The notes under the pieces were generated by a model. That model saw nothing but the letters and a program-made list of their open reading frames with translations, was not told where the DNA came from and did not search any database. Of a stretch of 64,000 nucleotides of DNA, positions 1-8,265 are shown piece after piece; the first letter of the stretch is position 1, and the number at the start of each line of letters is the position of its first letter. The stretch covers positions 608,001 through 672,000 of the forward strand of contig CAWBEI010000002.1 of NCBI GenBank assembly GCA_963787835.1, read 5' to 3'. Origin of the DNA: Ignavibacteriota bacterium (lineage in GTDB: Bacteria > Bacteroidota > Ignavibacteria > Palsa-1295). The translations under genes and the position numbers were made by a program.

Positions 1-1
1 C

Positions 2-697
2 AGTTCTTCTCATGCACTTGTAGGAGCCTTTGCAGGCGCCGCAGTAGCAAAAGCAGGCTCGTTCGGCGTTATCATTGCATCCGGGTGGACGCTCACACTT
101 GCATTTATCGTTCTGGCGCCGATGGTCGGGTTGCTTCTGGGATTTTTTATCTTTCTTCTCGTTACTTGGCTATTCCGAAAAAAATCACCAATGGCGGTCG
201 ATAGATGGTTCCGGCGCGGTCAACTTGTTTCTGCCGCTGCATACTCACTCGGTCACGGTACGAATGACGCCCAAAAAACGATGGGCATCGTGGCCAGCCT
301 TTTGTTCGCCAACCACATGATCCCAAAATTTGAGATCCCAATATACGTGATCATCGGTGCCTACCTTGCCATGGGGCTTGGCACACTTTCCGGAGGATGG
401 CGCATTGTTCGCACCATGGGCATGGGCATTACGCCGCTAAAGCCGATCGGTGGTTTTGCAGCCGAACTAGCATCGGCAGCAACGCTCTTCGGGTCATCTG
501 TGCTTGGAGTACCCGTATCGACAACCCATACCATTACTGGCGCGATCGTCGGTGTTGGTTCCCTCCGCAGACTATCCGCCGTTCGATGGGGAGTTGCTAC
601 ACGTATCATTTGGGCCTGGCTACTAACCATCCCAGCAAGTGGAGGCATCGCGGCACTTTCCTATTATCTAATGAGAGCGCTTGGTTATGCCCAATGA
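2..697 (+). CDS. pit: Inorganic phosphate transporter, PiT family (5'-truncated by window edge)
   Basis: Frame open from nt 2 (SSSHALVGAFAGAAV); motifs GHGTNDAQKTMG and PVSTTH; hydrophobic throughout. Confidence 0.93.
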   Translation, partial: SSSHALVGAFAGAAVAKAGSFGVIIASGWTLTLAFIVLAPMVGLLLGFFIFLLVTWLFRKKSPMAVDRWFRRGQLVSAAAYSLGHGTNDAQKTMGIVASLLFANHMIPKFEIPIYVIIGAYLAMGLGTLSGGWRIVRTMGMGITPLKPIGGFAAELASAATLFGSSVLGVPVSTTHTITGAIVGVGSLRRLSAVRWGVATRIIWAWLLTIPASGGIAALSYYLMRALGYAQ

Positions 698-1271
698 TAG
701 TATTCAAGATGCTGATGATAAGCATGTGCTTCGATGGAGGACTACGTCCAAATCCGTTGTGGCCGAAAACCCCTTTTTAAAGCTCGAATTACATAATCGC
801 GAAGAGGAGGAGACGGGACGTAAGGCAAATTTCTATATTGTCGGAGCACCAGACTGGGTAAACATCATTGCCATAACGGAAGCGAACGAGGTGGTGCTCA
901 TCGAGCAATTCCGTCACGGCAGCGAACGGATCGAGCTCGAGATCCCAAGTGGCATCATCGAGCCTGGCGAAGATCCAGCCCATGCCGCACTTCGTGAATT
1001 ACTCGAAGAAACAGGATATGAAAAAAGCGAACACAGTGAGTTCAAAAGTATTGGCGAGGTCCTGCCAAATCCTGCCTTCATGGAGAACACCTGCTATACG
1101 TATCTACTGACGAACGCCCGATTAACCGGCAATACAAATTTCGATGAGTATGAGAACATTCGGGTAGTTCGTATTCCTCGCGCGGAGATCGATCGTTTGA
1201 TCAAAAGCGGCAAAATTCAGAATGCCATCATCATTGCAGCATTCTACTTATGTAAACTTGCAGGAAATTAG
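687..1271 (+). CDS. NUDIX hydrolase, ADP-ribose pyrophosphatase-like
   Basis: Nudix box GIIEPGEDPAHAALRELLEETGY; QFRHG and LEIPSG; ATG at 687 overlaps the pit 3' end. Confidence 0.9.
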   Translation: MPNDSIQDADDKHVLRWRTTSKSVVAENPFLKLELHNREEEETGRKANFYIVGAPDWVNIIAITEANEVVLIEQFRHGSERIELEIPSGIIEPGEDPAHAALRELLEETGYEKSEHSEFKSIGEVLPNPAFMENTCYTYLLTNARLTGNTNFDEYENIRVVRIPRAEIDRLIKSGKIQNAIIIAAFYLCKLAGN

Positions 1272-1519
1272 CGCTGGAAGAATCTCCGAGATATCGGGTT
1301 CCCAATTGTGAGCGATGGACATAAAAATGCCTCATCCACGGGGAAAGCAAGCGTGTTTCACTAATCCCACATATATTGGATGAGGCCGCCCCGTTGCTAC
1401 TTGGAAGAGACAACAAGGACGTGCTTTAAATCACAAAAATGAGGTAATGAATCTCTCTCAGAGACAATTTCTTCAGAAAAATAAGAAATTTCTAATAAAA
1501 AATCACCTAATCCTAAGCA

Positions 1520-2380
1520 TCACGCCGCCGGAGCATTCCGAGCCGAAGAAATAGAAACCTCTGGCTTACGTACAGGTGTCGATTGATGGTCGTTCTCCAT
1601 AGTTTTTTCCACCGTATCTGTGAAAACGAGCTTCTTCTTGATCGCCATTTGCTCGAGCAATGGAACAAGCGGAAGCGAATCGAGCTGGCTGGCTGCGAGA
1701 ATATCTGCTTCAAAGCCAAGCTCGAGCAACCTCTGACCATGGTCCGACTCCCGAAGCGTCCGGTAAATATCCGAACCGTAATGCTGATAGATGGAAAGCG
1801 CGGCCCGTGCCCCATCTGTCAGGCGTTCATCAGTGTTACTGGAATCCACTGGCCCAAACCTCGCCAACAACCGCGTGATAAGCATTCCGGCGCATGTAGC
1901 ATCCTCTAAGGAAAACTCATCTTCGTGTCCGCTGCAAAGGATGATGATATGCTCTTTTGCAATACCGGGTATCGCGGAAAGTGCCTCGACCGTGGCCGAA
2001 AGATTTACAAAACTCGATACAAAACATTGCCTGGCATATTTCGCCTTCGTGAGCGCAACAGCGCCATTCGTCGTCGTGAGAATCAACGATTTACCACGGA
2101 CTGCCTCCTCGGTGTATTCGAACGGTGAATTACCAAGCGTAAAACCTTCGATCCGCTTGCCACCACGTTCGCCACAAAGGACGGTCGAGGTCGAATGCAA
2201 GTTGCCGACGATCTTCATCGCCTGTTCGACGGTTGCAACAGGGATGATCTCACGCGCGCCCGCGCGCATGGCGTACGTGATCGTGGTCGAGGCGCGAAGC
2301 ACATCGATGGCAACGACGATCTTATCGCGAAGCTCCAGCTCGTCGAGATGATTCGGAGAAAAATATACGGTTAAATGCAC
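1520..2380 (-). CDS. comB: 2-phosphosulfolactate phosphatase family protein
   Basis: VAIDVLRASTTI, CGERGG, GNSP, LTTTNG and EDATCAG motifs. Confidence 0.92.
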   Translation of the reverse strand: MHLTVYFSPNHLDELELRDKIVVAIDVLRASTTITYAMRAGAREIIPVATVEQAMKIVGNLHSTSTVLCGERGGKRIEGFTLGNSPFEYTEEAVRGKSLILTTTNGAVALTKAKYARQCFVSSFVNLSATVEALSAIPGIAKEHIIILCSGHEDEFSLEDATCAGMLITRLLARFGPVDSSNTDERLTDGARAALSIYQHYGSDIYRTLRESDHGQRLLELGFEADILAASQLDSLPLVPLLEQMAIKKKLVFTDTVEKTMENDHQSTPVRKPEVSISSARNAPAA

Positions 2381-2623
2381 TATTCTTATGTATTTAGCAT
2401 GATTGGCGCCATCTCACTGTAAAGAGGCGTTTGACCTTTTTATTGACGTAGAAGTTGGCATGAACAAACTGACCCTCGCGTCGATAATCTTATTTTTTAT
2501 GGTCTCGATCATAATAACGAACACTAAACCCGCAACGTCCCCGAATTCATCCCCAAATTGATTGGAACTGAAAACCATGGCCTGAGCACCTTTGAAATGC
2601 CATGATCAGCATTGGAAGTTTGA

Positions 2624-3073
2624 TCACTTTAACCGAGTATCAATGGAGAGATCTTCGATAGAAAGAATATCGAGTCCGTTCGCACGAGGATGGAATGGGT
2701 TTATTAGGATATTCTCTTCATCCTGCACAATAACCGATGGCACCCCGATAGCAAGAGAGCTTCCCTGTTGAAGAAACTTGTCACCGAATGTTTGGCTGAC
2801 TCTTGTTGGAGGAACATCATCCCAGCCAGAAGGCATATTCGTGACGTGGAAAATTGGAATTCTCAACCGTGCCGGAATCTGTAACGTGACCATGACCATA
2901 CCGCTAGGCAATATCGTAGAATGCGCTAACAGTTCCAACAATGCAAGCGAACGCGAACTGGCGGTGTAGAGCATCGCGTTTCCCATGCTATTCCATCGCC
3001 CACCAACCAATTGTGCGCCTCGCCCCGTGAGATCGCGCGCATGAATCCGTTTCGAAATCCGATAGACGGTCAT
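2624..3073 (-). CDS. RES-domain toxin (NAD+ phosphorylase type) of a RES-Xre TA system
   Basis: VYRI, GGRWN, YTASSRSLALLE, VPSVIV and NILINP motifs; start overlaps the antitoxin stop. Confidence 0.92.
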   Translation of the reverse strand: MTVYRISKRIHARDLTGRGAQLVGGRWNSMGNAMLYTASSRSLALLELLAHSTILPSGMVMVTLQIPARLRIPIFHVTNMPSGWDDVPPTRVSQTFGDKFLQQGSSLAIGVPSVIVQDEENILINPFHPRANGLDILSIEDLSIDTRLK

Positions 3074-3573
3074 TAATACACGCCGTGCTCGACACGCATC
3101 AATTCCGACATAACGACATGCATTCCTGTTGTGGTATCCAAAAGTTCATTCGGCGATCTTCCACCCAATGCACGGCTCGGAAGGCTGAGCCACGCTCGGA
3201 ACGCAGCATCATCCCCGAACACGGAACGACCATTTTCGACGATCTGAGCAACGAGAAGTGCGCGCTCCGATGAGGCAGAATCGATCACCGCATTCTGTTT
3301 GCGATATCGTTGGATCGTCCGCCAGGCAACCTGAAGATACCGCGACCAATCTTCGTTAGAAAAATTCGTTTCCTTCTGAATTTCTTCCAGTTCGCGCCCT
3401 CGAATCCCCTGTTTCGCTTTCTCGATCACACCCATCGGTGTCAGGGTCGCTGCCCAATGAAGCATGCGGTCAGATTTGCCGAGTTTCATGCGTAACCGAC
3501 CTACCGAATCACCCTTCTTCGAGCGAATCAGCACATCTGATTGTTTGGCGCGTTCTATTTGAATTTTTCCCAT
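3073..3573 (-). CDS. Xre/MbcA/ParS-type antitoxin
   Basis: HTH-like segment, SER, then VFGD..WL..P.RALGG..P.ELLDT..G...V..EL.R.EHGVY; ATG 3573 chosen, start uncertain. Confidence 0.9.
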   Translation of the reverse strand: MGKIQIERAKQSDVLIRSKKGDSVGRLRMKLGKSDRMLHWAATLTPMGVIEKAKQGIRGRELEEIQKETNFSNEDWSRYLQVAWRTIQRYRKQNAVIDSASSERALLVAQIVENGRSVFGDDAAFRAWLSLPSRALGGRSPNELLDTTTGMHVVMSELMRVEHGVY

Positions 3574-3581
3574 AATGACTT

Positions 3582-3602
3582 TTGTCGCGATTATTGTGAC
3601 AA
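3582..3602. promoter_or_regulatory. Putative autoregulatory operator of the xre-res operon
   Basis: Imperfect palindrome TTGTCGCGATTATTGTGACAA 8 nt upstream of the antitoxin ATG. Confidence 0.5.
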
Positions 3603-3739
3603 TTATCCAACCCAGCAGGGCTATCAAGAATTCCCTCGGTCACGAAGTCCTGAATTGTCTCACGGGATTCCCCCACCCTGCTTTCGGTGTTCTCCGCCAT
3701 CGAATTAGCAAGATCCATGAGCTTGAGAGAACATCGTAC

Positions 3740-4492
3740 ATGAGCGGACACTCCAAATGGTCGCAAATCAAGCGGAAAAAGGCGGTCACGGATAGGAACC
3801 GTGGCCGGCTGTTCACGCGGTTTATTCGGGAAATACAGATCGCGGCGCGCACCGGCGGCGGCGACCCGGATGGCAATCCACGCCTGCGTTTTGCGATCGA
3901 GCAGGCGCGCAAGAACTCCATGCCGGCCGATAATATCAAGCGCGCCATTGCTCGCGGCGCGGGCGGCGAGGGAGCAGAGGCGCTCGTTGAAGGAAGCTAT
4001 GAAGTCTATGGTCCGGGCGGCGTGGCGATCATCGTAGAAACCGCAACGGATAATAAGAACCGCACCGTCGGAGAAATTCGTCATGCCCTTAGTAAGTATG
4101 GAGGCAATCTCGGTGAATCCGGCGCGGTAAGCTGGATGTTCACAAAAACGGGAACCATCGTCGTTCCTCGTTCTGCGATCACCGAGGAGCGATTGCTCGA
4201 TCTCATTCTGGAATCCGGAGCCGACGATCTCCGCACCGACGATCCGGAATTTTTCGAAGTCAGAACCTCGCCAGCCGATTTCGAACGCGTGCGCGATAAG
4301 TTAGTCGATGAAAAGATCCCGATCGAAGATGCAAAATTTGCGATGATTCCTGCGAACATGGTTGCGGTCTCCGGCGATAATGCGGCAAAGCTCGTGAAGC
4401 TCATCGAAGCGCTCGAAGAGAACGACGACGTGCAGAACGTGTTCTCCAATGCTGACATCGATGAAGCCGCAATGGAAAATCTCAACGAATGA
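3740..4492 (+). CDS. yebC: YebC/PmpR family protein
   Basis: MSGHSKWSQIKRKK start, GGGDPDGNPRLR, YGPGGVA, TDNKNRT, DDVQNVFSN. Confidence 0.97.
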   Translation: MSGHSKWSQIKRKKAVTDRNRGRLFTRFIREIQIAARTGGGDPDGNPRLRFAIEQARKNSMPADNIKRAIARGAGGEGAEALVEGSYEVYGPGGVAIIVETATDNKNRTVGEIRHALSKYGGNLGESGAVSWMFTKTGTIVVPRSAITEERLLDLILESGADDLRTDDPEFFEVRTSPADFERVRDKLVDEKIPIEDAKFAMIPANMVAVSGDNAAKLVKLIEALEENDDVQNVFSNADIDEAAMENLNE

Positions 4493-4518
4493 TATAAACC
4501 GTTCCGACGCACGATCCA

Positions 4519-5022
4519 ATGATGGGCATAAGGATATTCGCTCTGCTTGCTTTCACAATGCTCGGACATCCGGAGACCCAGCCGGGATTCCTCGGGCTGA
4601 AAGTTGGCATGAAAGCGACAGATGCGCTTCCCGTCATTGGAAAAAATCCGGATATGCTGGAGCGTGTAAAAGCGCACGACGGCCAACGCGTTGTTTCCGA
4701 TTTCCTTCCCATTTCGGATTGTGAACTTACCATGCGCCGTTCGCTCGGCTTCGATTCCAGTGAAACACTCACCGCTATTGGGCTCACCTACAAAACAACC
4801 CCCGATCGTATCGAAGATGCGCGAGATTGTGCATTCCAATGGCTGACAAAGATGTACGGCCCGCCGATGACCGTAGCGCACGTCGATAGCGTAACACAAG
4901 AAGTGTGGCACTACGATGAAGTGAAGCTCACGCTCGAAGCCAGGCAGTACAATTCCCATGACGTGTTCGTCCTCATCTATTACTATAAGGAAGATAAAAA
5001 TGGACGAACCACCGCCGATTGA
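4519..5022 (+). CDS. Hypothetical exported protein (apparent paralog of 42519-43020)
   Basis: 167 aa ORF in operon between yebC and mtgA; hydrophobic N-terminus; GFLGLKVGM motif. Confidence 0.7.
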   Translation: MMGIRIFALLAFTMLGHPETQPGFLGLKVGMKATDALPVIGKNPDMLERVKAHDGQRVVSDFLPISDCELTMRRSLGFDSSETLTAIGLTYKTTPDRIEDARDCAFQWLTKMYGPPMTVAHVDSVTQEVWHYDEVKLTLEARQYNSHDVFVLIYYYKEDKNGRTTAD

Positions 5023-5791
5023 AGAACGAACATCGCCCTCGGTTGAGACGAATGAAGTTCCCGCTCCCATTCGCAACTCACAATTCGTAATTCGTAATGT
5101 ATTCAAATGGATGTGGCGCATTGCTGTTGTGCTTGCAGCGGTTCCCATGCTTCAGGTGGCGATCCTGCGTTTTGTCAACCCTCCGGTCAGTACCATGATG
5201 ATCTGCCAGATGTTCGGCCATCTCTTTGCCGGTGAAAAGATAGGGTGGTCGCACACCAATCTTGGTGAGAAGGAAATTTCGCCGTTTCTGTATTCCGCCG
5301 TGATCGCCGGTGAAGATCAGAGGTTCTTCACGCATCATGGGTTTGACGAAACAGAAATTCAGCAAGCCCTGCGCGCTCATGCGCGGCATCCCAAGCGGCC
5401 CGAGCGCGGAGCAAGCACCATTTCCCAGCAAGTCGCGAAAAATCTTTTTCTGCCACCATGGCATAGTTTTATTCGCAAGGGAGTCGAAGCATATTACACG
5501 GTGCTCATCGAACTGATGTGGCCGAAGGAACGCATCCTTCAAATGTATGCGAACATCGCCGAGTTTGCCCCAAATGTGTATGGTGCAGAAGCAGGCGCGG
5601 AGTTCCATTTCAAGCGCCATGCCGGTGAGCTAACCCAGCAGCAAGCAGCACAAATGGCTGCCGTGCTGCCCAACCCCGAACGGTGGAGTGCGTCGCATCC
5701 CTCCGCCTATATCCAGCGCCGCGCCGCCCGCATTCTCCGCCAAATGCGCGGCATCCCGACCGATGAAGAAGAGGATGGCGAGCCGGATTAA
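5000..5791 (+). CDS. mtgA: Monofunctional biosynthetic peptidoglycan transglycosylase
   Basis: GT51 motifs EDQRFFTHHGFD, GASTISQQVAKNLFL, RKGVE, KERILQMYAN, AAVLPNP. Confidence 0.95.
   Translation: MDEPPPIEERTSPSVETNEVPAPIRNSQFVIRNVFKWMWRIAVVLAAVPMLQVAILRFVNPPVSTMMICQMFGHLFAGEKIGWSHTNLGEKEISPFLYSAVIAGEDQRFFTHHGFDETEIQQALRAHARHPKRPERGASTISQQVAKNLFLPPWHSFIRKGVEAYYTVLIELMWPKERILQMYANIAEFAPNVYGAEAGAEFHFKRHAGELTQQQAAQMAAVLPNPERWSASHPSAYIQRRAARILRQMRGIPTDEEEDGEPD
5069..5098. repeat. Degenerate heptamer tandem repeat (ATTCGYA-like x4) in the mtgA N-terminus
   Basis: attcgca actcaca attcgta attcgta at; encodes IRNSQFVIRN. Confidence 0.6.
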
Positions 5792-5833
5792 AGAACGAAC
5801 GCACCGGCCTCTTAGTATTCTTGTTATCTTTTA

Positions 5834-6721
5834 ATGACCCACTCCTTCGATCGCTACACTGCCGCGGGCAATACTTTCCTTGTGATGAACACCTGGGAAG
5901 ATCCGCTTTCGCTTTCGCGCGAGCATACACGCGAATTGGTTCGCGGTGCCTGCGATTACCAAACTGGCGCGGGCGCGGATGGCCTCATTCTTATCAATCA
6001 ATCCGGACTCGCTGCCGATTTCCGCATGGATTTTTACAATCCCGATGGCACCACCGGAATGCTCTGCGGCAATGGCGCACGATGTGCAGTCATGGCTGCG
6101 AAGGACTATGGATTTCTCCATTCCGATGCAGTGTCGTTTGAGGTTCTTGGCTCGATCAACAGCGCGATATTTCTTCCGAATGGAGATGTCAGGGTTTATT
6201 TTCAAGATCCGACCGTTATACGATTAAATTTCCCGCTACCTCTCGAACAAGGAACTATCACTGCGAGCTATATCGATCTTGGTTCGCAACATGTGGTTGT
6301 GTTCTTCGATGATTATTTCGGCAAGAGCATCGAGGATTTCGACATTGCTCATTTTGGCCGACTTCTGCGGTGGCATCCGGAGTTCGCGCCAAAGGGAGCA
6401 AATGCGAATTTCATCGAAGTGCGCGAAGATGGCGAAGAAAAATATTTGCGTATTCGCACTTTCGAACGTGGCGTCGAGGGAGAAACGCTTGCCTGCGGAA
6501 CCGGCTGCATGAGTTCAGCTATTGTTGCACGGCTCACGGAAAAAATATTGAAGATGCCGATACGCCTGCTCACACAAAGCGGGGAATTTGTGACTGTAAA
6601 TTTCAAGATCGATGGTTACCATATTACAAACTTATCGCTGGAGGGGAGCATCGTTAAAGGGGAAGCTGGAATGCTCTTGTTCGATGAGCAAAGCGGATCT
6701 GTCACTATAAAATATGATTAA
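5834..6721 (+). CDS. dapF: Diaminopimelate epimerase
   Basis: GNTF, GADG, NPDG...CGNGARC, RTFERGVEGETLACGTG. Confidence 0.96.
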   Translation: MTHSFDRYTAAGNTFLVMNTWEDPLSLSREHTRELVRGACDYQTGAGADGLILINQSGLAADFRMDFYNPDGTTGMLCGNGARCAVMAAKDYGFLHSDAVSFEVLGSINSAIFLPNGDVRVYFQDPTVIRLNFPLPLEQGTITASYIDLGSQHVVVFFDDYFGKSIEDFDIAHFGRLLRWHPEFAPKGANANFIEVREDGEEKYLRIRTFERGVEGETLACGTGCMSSAIVARLTEKILKMPIRLLTQSGEFVTVNFKIDGYHITNLSLEGSIVKGEAGMLLFDEQSGSVTIKYD

Positions 6722-7502
6722 TGTACGGCTTTTTTTTCTAACGCTGGTACTGCTATGTGCTTCCGTGACCGGTGCATTCGCGCAAGTACGCGCTCCGTTC
6801 ATTATTCCTGCACCACCAAAGGACACCTCCACCTTCTGGATCTTTAAGGACATTACCGGCGGACCCTATTTTACCGGAGGGATCTCGCAAGAGAATGCAG
6901 ATCTGCCCACAGCATGGCATTCCGCTTCCAGATTCGCCTATGACATCGGCGGAACGATAGACTTCTTCTACAGTCAATGGCTGGGGGTCGATCTCTCCAT
7001 GTTCTATGATTCACGCGACCTCTATGCCCAGACTGCCGGTGAAAGTATCGATGTCAGTTTAGGATATCTCGCCCTGGAACCATCCGTCCGGCTGCTGTGG
7101 CTCTTGCTCGGGTTTACGATCGACATTCCACTCAGTGGCAGCGCCATCGAAAAGCTTGATGACTATCAGCGCGCCGATCAGCCAACAACCAAAAGCTACA
7201 ACCAAAACCTTAACGTCTCGACTAGCGATCTTCAAACGCTGTTCGAACTTCACGCAACGCTTTCCCTCCCTGTTCTCGAAAACGAGGGATCGGAATTATA
7301 TTTGGTACTCAGCGGACATTATCCTCTGACAAAGACCATTTTGTCCACCAATGGCTTCGACACCACGGGATATACCAAAACAAGTGGAATAGGAACGCCC
7401 ACGAATCCGGGCGGGCGTTTTTCCGGATCGTCACAAGTTGGAAAGGGACCGCTACCGACGATCGAAGCAGGAATTAGCTATCAGTTCGATATCCTGCATT
7501 AG
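6714..7502 (+). CDS. Outer-membrane beta-barrel protein (OMP_b-brl/PorT-like)
   Basis: Signal peptide (AFAQ); amphipathic strands; C-terminal GPLPTIEAGISYQFDILH similar to the next gene. Confidence 0.65.
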   Translation: MINVRLFFLTLVLLCASVTGAFAQVRAPFIIPAPPKDTSTFWIFKDITGGPYFTGGISQENADLPTAWHSASRFAYDIGGTIDFFYSQWLGVDLSMFYDSRDLYAQTAGESIDVSLGYLALEPSVRLLWLLLGFTIDIPLSGSAIEKLDDYQRADQPTTKSYNQNLNVSTSDLQTLFELHATLSLPVLENEGSELYLVLSGHYPLTKTILSTNGFDTTGYTKTSGIGTPTNPGGRFSGSSQVGKGPLPTIEAGISYQFDILH

Positions 7503-7560
7503 CAATTTAGTCCCATCCGCAATTTTTGTAGTATATTTGTATTATTTTAGTCTCCAAAAT

Positions 7561-8247
7561 ATGAAAAAAACCGCCATTCTTTTTGCACTGCTCTTCGGAA
7601 TCATTTCTACTGCTCGTGCCCAATCAACCTCTGCGCTGACCGCAGAAGACACCTGGAAAGACATAAAACTTGGCCCTCTTTTTAGCGCCGGTGAGGCCGT
7701 CAGCGCCGGGACCGTAGCCATTGGAGCAAAAACGGGATCGGCTTTTGCGTTTAGCGCTGGTGCAGATGCCGATTTCCCGATCACCCAAAATTTTGCATTT
7801 AACCTTGCCCTTGGGTATGATGCACGCAGCATCAATTTCCACGATCAGAGTACAACGAATAACGAAGCCGATTATACTTTTGGCTATTTTGTGCTACGAC
7901 CTGAATTCCGATTCAGTGGATTTTTGCTGGGCGTTGGAATCGGCATTCCGGTTTCCGCAAGCGTAAGCAACACAGGAATTGTCAGCCCCGAAACGCCTGT
8001 CACTTCGAGTTCTATGGCTACGCTTTTCGAAATTCGACTGGGCGGAGCAATTCCGATCGTGCAATCGAGCAGTGGCGTTCTCAATTTAACGATCGATGCC
8101 GCGTATGCCTTTACTCAGATCATCTCGAAGGGGCCGCTCGCGTTCTATCCAGCCACTGCGAGCAATATTCCATCCTCACAAAATAATGGCCCGCTTGCTT
8201 CCGGCGAGATAGGAATTCAGTATCTGTTCGACCTTACGCCGCATTAG
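7561..8247 (+). CDS. Outer-membrane beta-barrel protein, tandem paralog of 6714-7502
   Basis: MKKTAILFALLFG...ARAQ signal; C-terminal GPLASGEIGIQYLFDLTPH. Confidence 0.7.
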   Translation: MKKTAILFALLFGIISTARAQSTSALTAEDTWKDIKLGPLFSAGEAVSAGTVAIGAKTGSAFAFSAGADADFPITQNFAFNLALGYDARSINFHDQSTTNNEADYTFGYFVLRPEFRFSGFLLGVGIGIPVSASVSNTGIVSPETPVTSSSMATLFEIRLGGAIPIVQSSSGVLNLTIDAAYAFTQIISKGPLAFYPATASNIPSSQNNGPLASGEIGIQYLFDLTPH

Positions 8248-8265
8248 TCGCATAAAACCATAAAC

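Noticed and set aside
1294-1306. AATTGTGAGCGAT resembles half of the lac operator
   Set aside because: Only one half-site and no vector sequence around it; likely chance
2414-2578. Short ORFs between comB and the RES toxin (54 aa minus strand, 33 aa plus strand)
   Set aside because: No recognisable motif or initiation signal; cannot support a gene call
4081-5148. 355-aa minus-strand ORF and similar long antisense ORFs (e.g. 14839-15528, 36197-36856)
   Set aside because: Shadow frames of well-supported genes on the opposite strand
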